In this document: positions 52,031 to 64,000 of the stretch, one piece after another
Numbering within the stretch: position 1 is the stretch's first letter
Layout of the letters: each line of letters begins with the position of its first letter
Assembly (NCBI GenBank): GCA_951406725.2
Contig: OX597823.1
Coordinates: 37,758,001-37,822,000, forward strand
From: Octopus vulgaris
Lineage: Eukaryota
DNA length: 64,000 nt
Direction: 5' to 3'
Translations under genes and position numbers: made by a program
Notes under the pieces: generated by a model
Database searches by the model: none
What the model saw: only the letters and a program-made list of their open reading frames with translations
What the model was told of the DNA's origin: nothing

Positions 52031-52671
52031 GAAAAAATGGTCTTTTTAAAACAGTTTAACCAAAATACTGTGATTTCATTTAATCGTATTTATTTAAGAT
52101 ATTAATGAAACTTGGCCAGGCTACATACAGTAATAATAATCTCACAATAAAAAATATCTCTAAAAAAGTTTCAAAAAGAGATTAAAAACAGTTAAATGTA
52201 TTTTATTTACTCAACACAGCATTTCTCCCTCAGACTTCATCCCACGTTGTTTCCAAATTGTCATCTTCCAGTATTTCTTTTATCAGAACACTATTGTTGT
52301 TGTTAGTTTCTTTAAGAGATCTTTTATTATCTTTTCACTATGAAATCTAGTCTAGTTATTTTTTCTTTGGTTTTTTTTTTTGTGAGGATTCGGTATGATG
52401 GCTTACTTTAGCTACTTCATGGGAATAATAATTAAAACTCAACTGTAGAAGCACAATTTGTTGATTTATTTATTAGTAATGAAGATAATAAAAACTAGTT
52501 GCATGTATTTCAATCTTATCTGAATCTCTTCAGAGTGAAACTTGAAAAAAAACAAAACATTATTTCTTTTCTATTTATCATCAGTATATTATAATAAAAA
52601 TTGCTTTCTAGAAATGTGCTCTGCTTTTCAATATTCTTCACAAGCTTTTGGTGTCAAAGTCACTTCCCAGT

Positions 52672-52742
52672 TTACAAATGGGGATCTAATAAACATGGTC
52701 TTCTGAATGTTTGTCCTGCTTCTCGAATCCATTTGGTACTTA
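52672..52742 (-). CDS. P4HA: P4HA (- strand) terminal exon
   Basis: tttag acceptor; KWIREAGQTFRRPC then TAA. Confidence 0.95.
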
Positions 52743-53762
52743 CTAAATAAAGAAACAAGACAACATAGCAAAGTCTTTTGAGATGTTTCAGTATTAGAAT
52801 AATACATAGATGTAGTCTTTAACCAGTAAAACAATATAATTGGTGATGTGCAACTATCATGTGATGTTAAAACAAAGAGACAGTAACACACACATACTTA
52901 CACATGTACACACACATACACACACGCATAAATATAAACCCTTTTTTAAAAAACTTCTTTATTAATTTTCTTGCTTTCAACCTGTATATTACACTGAAGA
53001 CAGCAAAGGAATTTTATATCTCTAAGCTAGAAATCAATCTATAACTAACCGTTTAAAAAAAAATCTCTTTTTTAAAAAAGAAAATCTTTATTGAGTTTCT
53101 TACTTTCAACCTGTGCTAACGGAGTGCAAGATGTGGTTTTTAGCACCATTTGGCATCTCTCTCTAGCATGTCGGTGTTGTTTATCAGCCCCCTTTACTAT
53201 AATTATATCTATATAATTATTTATTAATATTAATTGTTACCTATATGGTTTTTATTGCATGCTGGCTACTTGATAAAATCTTTCTAATGATTTTATCCTT
53301 AATTATGTATAAATATATACATATGTATAATATATATATATATCATCATCATCATCATCGTTTAGCGTCCGTTTTCCATGCTGTTATGAGTTCGACGGTT
53401 TGACCGGGGTCTGGGAAGCCAGGAGGCTGCACCAGGCTCCAGTCTGATCTGGCAGTGTTTCTACAGCTGGATGCCCTTCCTAACGCCAACCACTCTGTGA
53501 GTGTAGTGGGTGCTTTTTATGTGCCACCAGCACAGGCTCCAGGGGAGGCTAGCAGTGGCTATGATTGGTTGGTACTTTTTACGTGCCACCGGCACAGAAG
53601 CCAGTCAAGGCAGTGCTGGCATTGGCCATGTTCGGATGGTGCTTTTTATGTACCACCAGCACAGGTATCATAACTACAATTTCCATTTGATATTTATTTT
53701 GATATTGATGTACTTGACTCAATAGGTCTCCTCAAGCACAGCAGGGGTATAAATACATATAT

Positions 53763-53795
<33 letters not shown>

Positions 53796-56700
53796 CACAC
53801 ACACACACACATGAGTGTGTGTGTGTGTGTATATATGTATGTGTGTGTATGTATATATGTATATATATATATATATGTATATATCACTTGATTGATCAAA
53901 TTATCGGATGTTGTTATGCATCACTGGTCACAATACACTTTGCATAATTTTAGCATTTGAACGATCTGCTCCACTGGCTAAGCAAGCAAGCCAATATATA
54001 TCATATATCATAAAGTCCAGAAGGTGTATTTAACAATTAACCTTTTTCACCTGACAAAGTAGTCCAAATTTTGCATTATCCTCAATGAACTTTTCGCATG
54101 TTGCATTAATGCAGACATGTCAGTAGCTTATTTATTATTAAATATGATAAGATGAGCTATTTACATGTTTTGGGATTACTGAAACAAATTTGTTGTGATA
54201 TTTTGATGTTTATTGTTAAATAAAGTTCATCATAATTTTTCTCCATCATTTATATTTTTATGCTTTCCTTATTCTTTTCTCATGTATATTACTATATACT
54301 CCATATGGTTTGTGGTATGACAAATTAAAGAGCTTTTTTAAGAGTACTATGAGATTACTTGAATCCATATAGCGTGACTTATATTTATATATACTTATAT
54401 AAATATATGTGTATATGTATGTGTGTGTGTGCGTATACACACACTTATATATACATATGCATACACACACACGTGCGCACGCACACACACACACACACAT
54501 GTATATATATACAGGATGCAGTGAATAAATTGTCTAAATTATGCAAAAATGAAAATAACACTGACATCTCATTTCAACAGATATTTTTACCAAAATTACA
54601 TTAAAATATCTTGAGATAGTAAAGAGTAAATTTATTCAACAAAATCGCCATTGGCTTCAACTGACAACTTTGGAATCTTCTTCAACTCTTTTGGATGGTC
54701 TCCTTGTTTAAGTTGGTGAATGCTGCTATAATCCTTGCCTTCAGTTCATCTTTGGTGTTACAAGGAGTTTTGTTGGTCTCTCTCTCAACTGTGCCCCATA
54801 CATAATAATCAAGGGGATTGCAGTCTGGTAAGTTAGGTGGCCAAATGTTAGGGGTAATGTGCTTGCAGAAAGCCATGACTGGGTTCTTCTGCCTGTGTGG
54901 CATGTCATAGAGTCCTATTGCCAAACATAGGGTCTTTCAGCAGCTCTCTCTTGACTCAGGCAGCCCTACCTCCTCCAGGCACTTGATGTAGGCCTCTGTG
55001 TTGAGTCTGAGGCTGTGTAGGAAAATGAACAGAGGCATAACGTTGCCATTACTAGTGATCACTCTAGACACCATGATGTTGACTGGATGTTTGATTTTTA
55101 TCACACTTGGAACATGTTTTGGGGACAGAGCAAGCCAACTGTTGTTTTAAGTGTTCACCAGCTGATCCTGGCAGAATATTTTCTGGTTTAAGAAAAACCA
55201 AAGCATGTTCAGTTGGAGGGGATACATGAGTCTGTTCAAAAGCTTTGGAACACAGATTTTCTTCTTGTCCATGATGGCTTGGGAAAAAAAAATTGATCCT
55301 TTCTCATCTTGTATGAGGAATACTGAATGTCTTCATGCACAACCTACCCGGATAAGATACTCCCATGTCCTGTGCAATGGACCTGATTGACTTGAAGATT
55401 TTGTTGTCAATCATGGCCTGGATCTCACCAACAAATTCAGGAGTTCTTTTCTTATCAGAATGATGAGAGTGAGTTTTCCAAGCCGCTATATCTTCATAGT
55501 AGCCATTAGAGTCATCCAAGTCTTTCCAAATCCTCTGCACTGTCCTCAGACTGACACCCAAACACTCTGAAATGTTCATATTAGAGCTTCTGGTATAGGT
55601 GCTAAGCAGTAGAGCATGTCGTTTCCAAATTTCTGGCAGAGGGAATTGTATCATGGACCTGTTTTTCTCATAGATGATGCCCAACTGCTCCTACAAAACT
55701 GTGTAGTCAACAAAGTCAAAAGCAATGCACATGTGCAAAATTAAAATTGTAAAATGGCAACAATTTACCCATCGCACCATGTATATATATATGTATGTGT
55801 GTTTGTGTTTGTGTGTGTAAATGTATATTTATATGTATGTATGTATATATATGTGTGTGTATATATATATATATGTGTGTGTATATATATATATATATGT
55901 GTGTGTGCATGCATACATACATATACACACACACATATATATATTAAAAGTCAGGGTACAATATGTACCTTTTTGCTAGAAAGAAGAGTTAAAACTCCCC
56001 AAAGCCACACCTCTCTCAATATTTGTTAACACGCACAGAGAATGTAGCAAATATACTAAAAGCAGTTATTTTTTTAGTATATTCGTAGTTAAGAGTGATG
56101 ACAGCTGCATTTGTAGGTGCAAGAACAACCCTGTTGTGAAGCCAATCTGGTTTTATGTATTCCATTGTAAGATTTGGGTAAACAGCAGAACATAAGTAGT
56201 TAGGGCTGGAGACATCATGGCTAATGGTGGTAGTGTCAATGTATCCATTGTCGTTGGATGCAATTTGTCCATTGCTGATTTTAAGGAGCATTTCTGAAAA
56301 CTGGATTGTAGGCTGACCCAGTAAATGGGCAGTGTAAAAACTGTAGTAGAAGATGAAGTGAAAGTAGCATAACTATTCATCAAGATTAATATCCCCCAAA
56401 GCAACGATCTTTGGTATTTGTTATTTACCTATGAGAAGGTGTTTTCACCTCCTAGAGGCAGCATTACTCATTATGTGGAAAATTTGAAGAGTCTATGACC
56501 ATCTCTGGAACATAAGTGATGCACGTTCCTAGTGTGAACAAAATCGGATGAAAATGTTAATTTTAAGGGGGATCAAGAAAAAGGCCTGTACACACATGTA
56601 CAAACACACATCTTCAGTTTTTTTATATAAAAGACACACACACACTCACACACACATATACATACAGGTACATACAGACACTTGCATGGACTATGCACCC

Positions 56701-58205
56701 ACATACACAGAGACACATACAAGCACATACATGCACAATTGTTAATGTTTAGTTACTCTAGAAAAGAATGAAAAGTTACTCTTACTCCATTTGTCACCAA
56801 ATATAACTGGGCAACCTCCATGGAGCAGACGTGTATCAGGTGTCCCATTGCGATGTAAGTTGTACCACACAGCTGCTGCACCCTAAAACAATAACAACAA
56901 CAAAAAATAAATATTAAACCATGTGGTGTGGGATTTAATTGAAGAAATTATCACAAAGTATTACATATTGTATAATTTCAAATAATGATTTCTAACTGAA
57001 ATACAAAACCACAAGCATTAGGAGAGAGAGAGCAGTCATTTATATTGATCCTAGTATATCACTGTTACAAAGATGAAAGGTTACTAGTGACAATGGAATG
57101 AATATTGGGGAATCACAAGCAAACAGTTTGAGGCATTTTGTTTGTTGCTCTACCAAGTTCGCCATTCACTGAAAAATATGATACAGTACAAGGAGTTGAG
57201 AAATTGAATTTTTATGAAACAAAAAAAAATCTTTTTATAGGTGCAGGCATGGTTGCAGGATATGAAGCTTGCTTCCTAACCACATGGTTCAGGGTTCAGT
57301 CCCATTGCATGGTACCTTGGACAAATGTCTTCTACTACAGCTTCAGGTGACCAAAGCCTTGTGAATGGATCTGGTTGATGGAAAGTGAAAGAAGCCTGTC
57401 GTGTGTGTATGTGTGTGTGTGTGTGAGTGTGAGTGTGTATGTGTGTGTGTGTGTGAGTGTGAGTGTATCTTTGTGTCTGTGTTTGTCCCCCACCACCACT
57501 TGATAACTGATGTTGATATGTTCCCTGTAACTTAGTAGTTCGGCAAAAAGGGAATGATAGAATAAGTGCCAGGCTTAACAAAAAAAAAAAAAAGTACTGG
57601 AATTGATTCGTTTGACTAAAAGTTCAAGGTGGTGCCTCAGCATGGCCACAGTCTAATGATTGAAACAGATAAAAGACAAAAGATAAAAGATACTGCCCTA
57701 CCTTGAGACTAGTTTTGGTTCTATGATGTAAACCCTCTTATTTGAGAATGTTCACATTTTAGTCAAGACCACATACATGAGAACATTTTTGCTTAGTTAA
57801 ATTAACAACAAAATTTTTATTTAATTAAAACCTCTCAAATCTTGATTGTATTGAAAAATAATTGAGATGCATAACTAATATATTTTGTCAGATATATAGT
57901 AATGAAACAGTTAAGTCAAACCTTTACGATTGGTACATGGATGTTAAGTTTCGGGAACACTGTTGCACCTCCCATTAGGACATCACTTAGCTGGAAAATA
58001 ATAAAAGATTTCCACTGGTGAAATTGGAACAAAGTTGTTAATAATACGTTTAGATTTCATTTCATATGATAATTAATACCCTTAAATCTAAAAGTTACAT
58101 CCCAATAACTTTTACACACTAACACCCATTCAAACACATGTGCAACACATATGCATACTCATGCACGCATACTTACACACACATCTATCAATCTACATCT
58201 ATCTA

Positions 58206-58251
<46 letters not shown>

Positions 58252-58901
58252 TATGACTTCTAAGTAAGTAGATATACCCATGTAATAGAGAAGCTTATAA
58301 AGCTAGTAATTTTTAGTGGTTTGTTTCGGTAAACTGACCATTCATCACAATGATATCAAATGACAACCTTAATCTATAATTCAATGAGTGGTGTGTTTGT
58401 GTATGTTTGTTTTGTTGTAGTGTGTGTGTGTTGTTTTGTCTCTGTATGTATATTTTTAGTGGTGTATGTGCATGTGTATCTATGTGTGTTTTTTTTGGGT
58501 GGTGTATGTGCATGCATGTGTATGTGTGTTATTTTGTTTCTTGAAAACATGTTCTGGAATTATATGTATTACAATGAATACAGAAATTAATACATCAGAA
58601 ATTGCTTGTTTTCCATGCTGCAGAAACATGTTGGTGATATTTAAACCAAATATGCTGTATAATTAACTGCAGAAAAAAAAAATGCAGTTGTCCTAATCTC
58701 CATATTCATTGTAATTGTCTTGGATTTACACTCCAATAAATAACACTGAGAAGCGAACCCAGTGTTTTCTCATCAGATGAATTACAGTGGGATTGCTTAC
58801 CATAAGTAATCCCAGGTGCACTTTACAACTCGATGCAGTTACTCGTATTATAACTGAGTGCGCATTTGGTACTCGGCTGAATAATTTATCCCTATATACA
58901 G

Positions 58902-58950
<49 letters not shown>

Positions 58951-59553
58951 GGTTTGAAGATGCTAGCAGAAGCAGAGGACAGAGAAGCACCAAGTTAATG
59001 CTTGGATAGGTCTAATACTAAAACTCCAACTTCTTAATCAGGGTAAAGTAATCCAACAGAATAGAAAGAAACAAAGTTTTAGCAAAGATGAAGGAGTAAA
59101 AGTGCATAAATGATTGATTATAAGTGAAAGGAATGCATTTATATGAGATGTTACATATATTTACAGAATGAAAGTAGATCTTCGAAGCTGGTTTCAAACA
59201 TTTGGTGAGTAGTTGAAATTATGATGCAAATGATGCAAATATGTGTACTTTATGAGTTTGCTTATATGCTTTTGAGACATATTGCAAAAACAAGTATCGA
59301 GAATTCTTCAGATGCAGTGAAGACACACACATGCACATGCACGTGCAGACGCACACGCACACACACACACACACACATTAATATTATATATATATATATG
59401 AATAAAAAATGGAGTTAACGCAGGTTTAAACAAGTATTTTTACTTTCTACACATGTTTCAAAAATTCCACTGATACTATTCAAATTTTTGCTGCCCTGGT
59501 AACTATTTATTTATTTTTCCGTGTTAATTGTTAACAAGGTAAAAATACACTCA

Positions 59554-59619
<66 letters not shown>

Positions 59620-60008
59620 AGCACTCCATTGGTTACGATGACAAGGGTCCCAGCTGATACGATCAAAGAAAATATTTCTGCAGCATTCACTATTTTACTC
59701 TCGTTCTGGTCTAACGACCCCCCATTTTTGTTTTTGTTGGTGTCCTTGTATGTCTCCACTGTCCTGTTTTTGTTCCCAACTTTGACCCTTCCGTAAATCC
59801 TAAATTATATTTTGGTACTTATGGGAGCAACTGTCTTCGAGCTACTGCTCGAAATGAGGAGTAGATAGGCAGCCAACAACTGATGAAGGGTTGTTCCTTG
59901 TGTTACTTGCCCTGCTTTCCATTTGTTTCTCTCGTTATTTGCATATTCAACTCATTTGTTTTTGTATTTCATGTTTGCTCTTGGTAACGTCCTGTACCCA
60001 TATATGCA

Positions 60009-60052
<44 letters not shown>

Positions 60053-63000
60053 TATTATATATATTATTTATATCCTATATATATATATAATATAAATAAT
60101 ATATATGCATATATACATATATATATGTACATACTTACATACATATGTATATACATATTCATATGTGGGCACAGGACGTAACAGAACGTAAACAACATGA
60201 AATACGAAATACAAATACGTGGTATATGAACTGTGTTTTTGAACAACGAATGAAACAAATAGAAAACTAGACAAGCGACATAAAGAACGACCCTTCATCA
60301 GTTGTCAGCTGTTTTTCTATTTCGTATTTCAAGCAATTCATGACAAGAAGTGCCTTCAACAAAACAGTTGCTCCCACAAAGCAAATTTAATAAAATTTGG
60401 GATTTTGTGGAGGGTCAAAATTGGTAACAAAAACAGGACAGTGTAAACAAACAGGAAGGGCTGCTAAGCCTAAATGAGGCAAGGTGGTGAACGCAGTGGA
60501 ATAAGCTTGGACAGGAGACAGACAAGAATGCATCTGATCCCTGCAGCTGAATCAGAAGGAAAGAAAGCAACTCAAGTTAGGAAAAGAAAGAAAGATGGCT
60601 GATGGTCACATGCGAGCAACAAGAGAGCAAAGGAGGAAGAGTGAGGGAGAGAGATGGAGAGACAGAGAATGACGAAGGGGAGAGGAAGCACATAAATGTA
60701 AAACAAGATGAAAAAATAGTACTTGAATACCAGATGTAGAGTGATATGCTTTATTAATAAAGCTTTTTTAATTTGTTAGTGGCCAGGCTGGCAGCTAATA
60801 AAATTTTTCTGTAATATAAGCATGTTCTATCCTATTTATACTATTCAACATTATCATTATGCGTTTGAGAATAAAATATTTCGGGGGCGGGTGTGCTGAA
60901 AGTGTAACTGCTAGAGTAAGAATAGCCTGGGCAAAGTTTAGAGAGCTCTTACCCCTGCTGGTGACAAAAGGCCTCTCGCTCAAAGTAAAAGGCAGACTGT
61001 ATGATGCATGTGTACGTACAGCCATGCTACATGGTAGTGAAACTTGGGCTGTGACTGCTGAGGATTTACGTAAGCTCGCAAGAAATGAAGCTAGTATGCT
61101 CCGTTGGATGTGTAATGTCAGTGTTCATAGTCGACAGAGTGTAAGTACCTTGAGAGAAAAGTTGGACCTAAGAGGCATCAGATGTTGTGTGCAAGAGAGA
61201 CGATTGCGCTGGTATGGTCATGTGGCGAGAATGGATGAAGATAGGTGTGTGAAAAAGTGCCACACCCTGGCAGTTGAGGGGACCTGTGGAAGAGGTAGAC
61301 CCAGGAAAACCTGGGTCAAGGTGGTGAAGCACGACCTTCGAACTCTAGGTCTCACCAAGGAAATGACCAGAGACCGAGACCTATGGAAGTATGCTGTACG
61401 TCAGATTACCCGGCAAGACCAGTGAGAACAATCAAAATCAAATCATATATCAGAAAGCAGGGGTTAAGTGACCCATCTGTTTGTGTCCGCTGCCAGCCTC
61501 GTCTGGCACCCGTGTCGGTGATACGTAAAAGCACCATTCGCTCGTGGCCGTTTGCCAGCTCTGTCTGGCCCCCGTATCGGTGGCACGTAAAAGCATCATC
61601 TGTTCGTGTTCGTTGCCATCCCCGCCTGGCCCTGTACCGGTGATACGTAAAAGCACCATCCGTTCGTGGCCGTTTGCCAGCTCTGTCTAGCCCCCGTGTC
61701 GGATGGCACGTAAAAGCACCATCCGTTCGTGTCCGTTGCCAGCCTCGCCTGGCCCCCGTGCCGGTGATACGTAAAAGCACCGTCCGTTCGTGGCCGTTTG
61801 CCAGCTCTGTCTGGCCCCGTGTCGGTGGCACGTAAAAGCACCATCCGTTCGTGTCCGTTGCCAGCACCGCCTGGCCCCGTGTCGGTGACACGTAAAAGCA
61901 CCATCCGTTCGTGGCCATTTGCCAGCTCTGTCTGGCACCTGTGCAGGTGGCACGTAAAAAACACCCACTACACTCGCGGAGTGGTTGGCGTTAGGAAGGG
62001 CATCCAGCAATAGAAACACTGCCAGATCTGACTGGGCCTGACGAAGCCTTCCAGCTCCACAGACCCCAGTTGACCCGTCCAACCCATGCTAGCATGGAAA
62101 GCGGACGCTAAATGATGATGATGATGATGATGATATATTTCAATACATCTCAACGCCTCTAAAAAAAAAAGCAAACTTTGTTTACATATATCGTAATTTC
62201 ACATACACACACACACACATGAATCGATAAAAAGAGAAAGAGAGACATACTTATATACTCATACATGCTTGCAAACATGCACACATGCATGCATACACAC
62301 ACACACACTCAGAGTTGCTATTACACAGTGTTGCCAGGAGTTGCATTAATAATGAAGATCATCGAGTAAGAATCATCATACGAGGGACGTTCAATAAGTA
62401 ATGGCCCTGACCCACTTGCAGTTGTTTGATCTAAGTGAAACTTTGCATGTGCAATTATTTATATCTCTATAGATTAAGTGGTAAATTACAGCTCTGAACT
62501 AATTGTGGTTTCTGATTTACAGGTATTTTAACTGAGTCAAGTGTAAAATGGAGCCAGTTGAGTGTCAAGCAGTGATCCGGTTTTTGTATTTGAAAGGACG
62601 CACACCTCGGGAGACTTTTGATGAAATGAAAGTAACTTATGCCCCATCATATGACCTTGTAAAACGCTGGCATCGTGAATTTAAACATGGTCGGAACCCT
62701 GTGGAAACAGCTCCCAGATCTGGTCGCCCCCTTCTGCCATTGATGAGGCATCTGTCCGTCAAGTTGAGGCTGCCATTTTGGAAGATCAATGCATAACTAT
62801 TCGCCAAATAGCCCATGAGGTCAAGATTAGTACCGGGTCTGTGGAAACTATTATTCATGACCATTTGCATATGCAAAAGGTGTCTGCCAGATGGATTCCC
62901 AGGTTGCTCACACCTTTCCAGAAGCAAGAACGCGTCGAGTGCTCGAGGATGAATTTGGAGATGTGCCAAGAAGATGAGTCAAAATTTTTCAGAAGACTGA

Positions 63001-63990
63001 TTACACAGGATGAAATCTGGGTCCATCACTATGATCCAGAGACCAAAGCCCAGTCAATTCAGTGGAAGCACCGTGACTCATCTCCTCCAAAGAAGGCAAG
63101 GGTGCAGCCCTCCGCTGGCAAGGTTATGCTCACAGTCTTCTGGGACCAGGACGGAGTAGTGATGACAGATTTCCTGGCAAAGGGTACCACGATTACAGGA
63201 GCCTATTATGCTTCACTTTTGAGGAAATTAAGAGAAGCTATCAAAATCAAGAGGCGGGGCAAGATCAGCAAAGCATCCTCCTCCTGCAGAACAACGCTCC
63301 GATCCACAACTCGCGTGTCGCCAGATCAGAAGCACAGGCATGTGGCTATCAACTCCTCTCCCATCCCCCCTACTCTCCTGACCTTGCACCCTCTGAGTTT
63401 CACCTCTTCCCAGCCATGAAGTTGTTTTTTGAAAGGAAAGTGTTTCCCAGATGATGCAGCCTTGATTTCTGAAGTCACGTCGTGTTGGAGGACCAAACTG
63501 GGGTCTTCTACAAAAACGGTCTCCAGAGCTGCATCAAACAATGAGATAAATGTGTAACTCTGGATGGTTCCTATGTAGAAAAAGACTAATAACTGTGCCA
63601 AGTTTCGTTGCTCTACTGCTATGTGAAGTGGGTCAGGGGCATTACTTATTGAACGCCCCTCGTACATATAATAATATACAGCAACTAAATATAACAACTA
63701 TAAATAACATGTATATAACAAGCAAATATATAACAAATATATACAGCAAATTATTTATAACAAATATATACAACAGTTATGTATAGTAAGTATATATAAC
63801 AGCTATTTATAACAAGTATATATAACAGCTATATATGATAACTATATATAACAACCATGTATAGCAAAAATAACAATAATGATTAAACAATAACAAAGTA
63901 AATACAAACGTAAAGTATAACTGTTGCAATTCTATCACCAGAATTTTGAAAAAGTGGAACGTCTTCGAATTTTGCTTTTCTGTAGTAACT
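52672..63990 (-). CDS. P4HA: Second prolyl 4-hydroxylase alpha gene, 3' part (last 4 exons; 5' part lies beyond the window end)
   Basis: Exons 63990-63910, 57990-57922, 56882-56786, 52742-52672 splice in frame to SYYRKAKFEDVPLFQNSGDRIATVILY-LSDVLMGGATVFPKLNIHVPIVK-GAAAVWYNLHRNGTPDTRLLHGGCPVIFGDKW-ISTKWIREAGQTFRRPCLLDPHL-stop. Confidence 0.95.
53343..53745 (-). mobile_element. RTE-type LINE 3' end
   Basis: (CAT)n, family sequence, and 5' edge gctgtgcttgaggagacc resembling the last codons of the RT ORF at ~61392. Confidence 0.82.
54512..55781 (-). mobile_element. Near full-length degenerate maT-type (DD37D) Tc1/mariner element
   Basis: TA-flanked imperfect TIRs; HTH ISECLGVSLRTVQRIWK; WPPNLPDCNPLDYYVWG. 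Confidence 0.85.
56070..56634 (-). mobile_element. Helitron relic with PIF1-like helicase fragment
   Basis: LLKISNG...AVYPNL...DWLHNRVVLAPTNAAVITLN; - strand 5' end TCtttatataaa. Confidence 0.65.
56786..56882 (-). CDS. P4HA: P4HA (- strand) exon carrying the distal Fe-ligand His and the 2-OG Lys
   Basis: ttttag acceptor, GTAAGA donor, WYNL...HGGCPVIFGDKW. Confidence 0.96.
57241..57690 (+). mobile_element. tRNA-derived SINE with internal (TG)n
   Basis: Same family as 4964-5360. Confidence 0.8.
57922..57990 (-). CDS. P4HA: P4HA (- strand) exon with GGATVFP motif
   Basis: ttttccag acceptor, GTTTGA donor, LSDVLMGGATVFPKLNIHVPIVK. Confidence 0.95.
59750..60450. repeat. Diverged ~270-bp inverted repeat pair flanking a (TA)-rich microsatellite
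   Basis: ctgtcctgtttttgtt/aacaaaaacaggacag, gggagcaactgt/acagttgctccc, caactgatgaaggg/cccttcatcagttg, cgtcctgt.ccca/tggg.acaggacg; related copy at 30555-30965. Confidence 0.8.
60883..62134 (+). mobile_element. 5'-truncated RTE-clade LINE: RT C-terminus, 3' UTR minisatellite, (GAT)n tail
   Basis: ORF with AWAKFREL, MLHGSETW, RLRWYGHV, RGRPRKTW; TSD ATATTTC at 60876-60882 and 62135-62141. Confidence 0.92.
61480..61965 (+). repeat. Minisatellite of 8 x ~61 bp, alternating A/B units
   Basis: cgtaaaa anchor at ~61524, 61586, 61646, 61709, 61770, 61831, 61891, 61953. Confidence 0.92.
62381..63662 (+). mobile_element. Full-length degenerate mariner transposon (irritans-like)
   Basis: TA-flanked ~37-bp TIRs cgagggacgttcaataagtaatg...; frameshifted transposase 62548-63589 with WIPRLL, TQDEIWV, SAGKVMLTVFWD, YSPDLAPS. 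Confidence 0.95.
63910..63990 (-). CDS. P4HA: P4HA (- strand) exon with GDRIAT motif
   Basis: ttttctacag acceptor, GTTTGT donor, 27 codons ending SGDRIATVILY. Confidence 0.93.
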
Positions 63991-64000
63991 CTGTAGAAAA

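Noticed and set aside
59445-59470. Hammerhead half-site GAAACATGTGTA on - strand
   Set aside because: No upstream CUGANGA or stem I partner found
61480-61965. CRISPR-like regularly spaced repeats
   Set aside because: The intervening sequences are themselves repeated (A/B alternation), there are no cas genes, the context is eukaryotic, and the array lies in a LINE 3' UTR
62548-63589. Active mariner transposase
   Set aside because: Several frameshifts, and the second and third catalytic Asp positions read Asn and Glu

Overview
AT-rich, microsatellite- and transposon-dense eukaryotic genomic DNA; the SINE and RTE families look like those of octopus (inference from recalled repeat families, not a search). 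Two intron-containing prolyl 4-hydroxylase alpha (P4HA) paralogues lie tail-to-tail. (1) On the + strand is a complete 13-coding-exon gene (23716-48812, 553 aa by my assembly) with an uninterrupted frame and signal peptide, but all three Fe(II) ligands and the 2-oxoglutarate-binding Lys are substituted, so it is a probable pseudoenzyme. (2) On the - strand are the last four exons of a canonical-looking P4HA (63990-52672) that keeps the distal His and the Lys. Introns and flanks hold Tx1/L1-like, RTE, Gypsy, Penelope-like, mariner, maT, hAT and Helitron relics and SINEs. Several minimal hammerhead-ribozyme motifs are present, including a tandem pair about 400 nt apart (retrozyme/Penelope-like) in the last intron of the dead P4HA. 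All exon calls, alignments and folds were done by eye; repeat boundaries are approximate.
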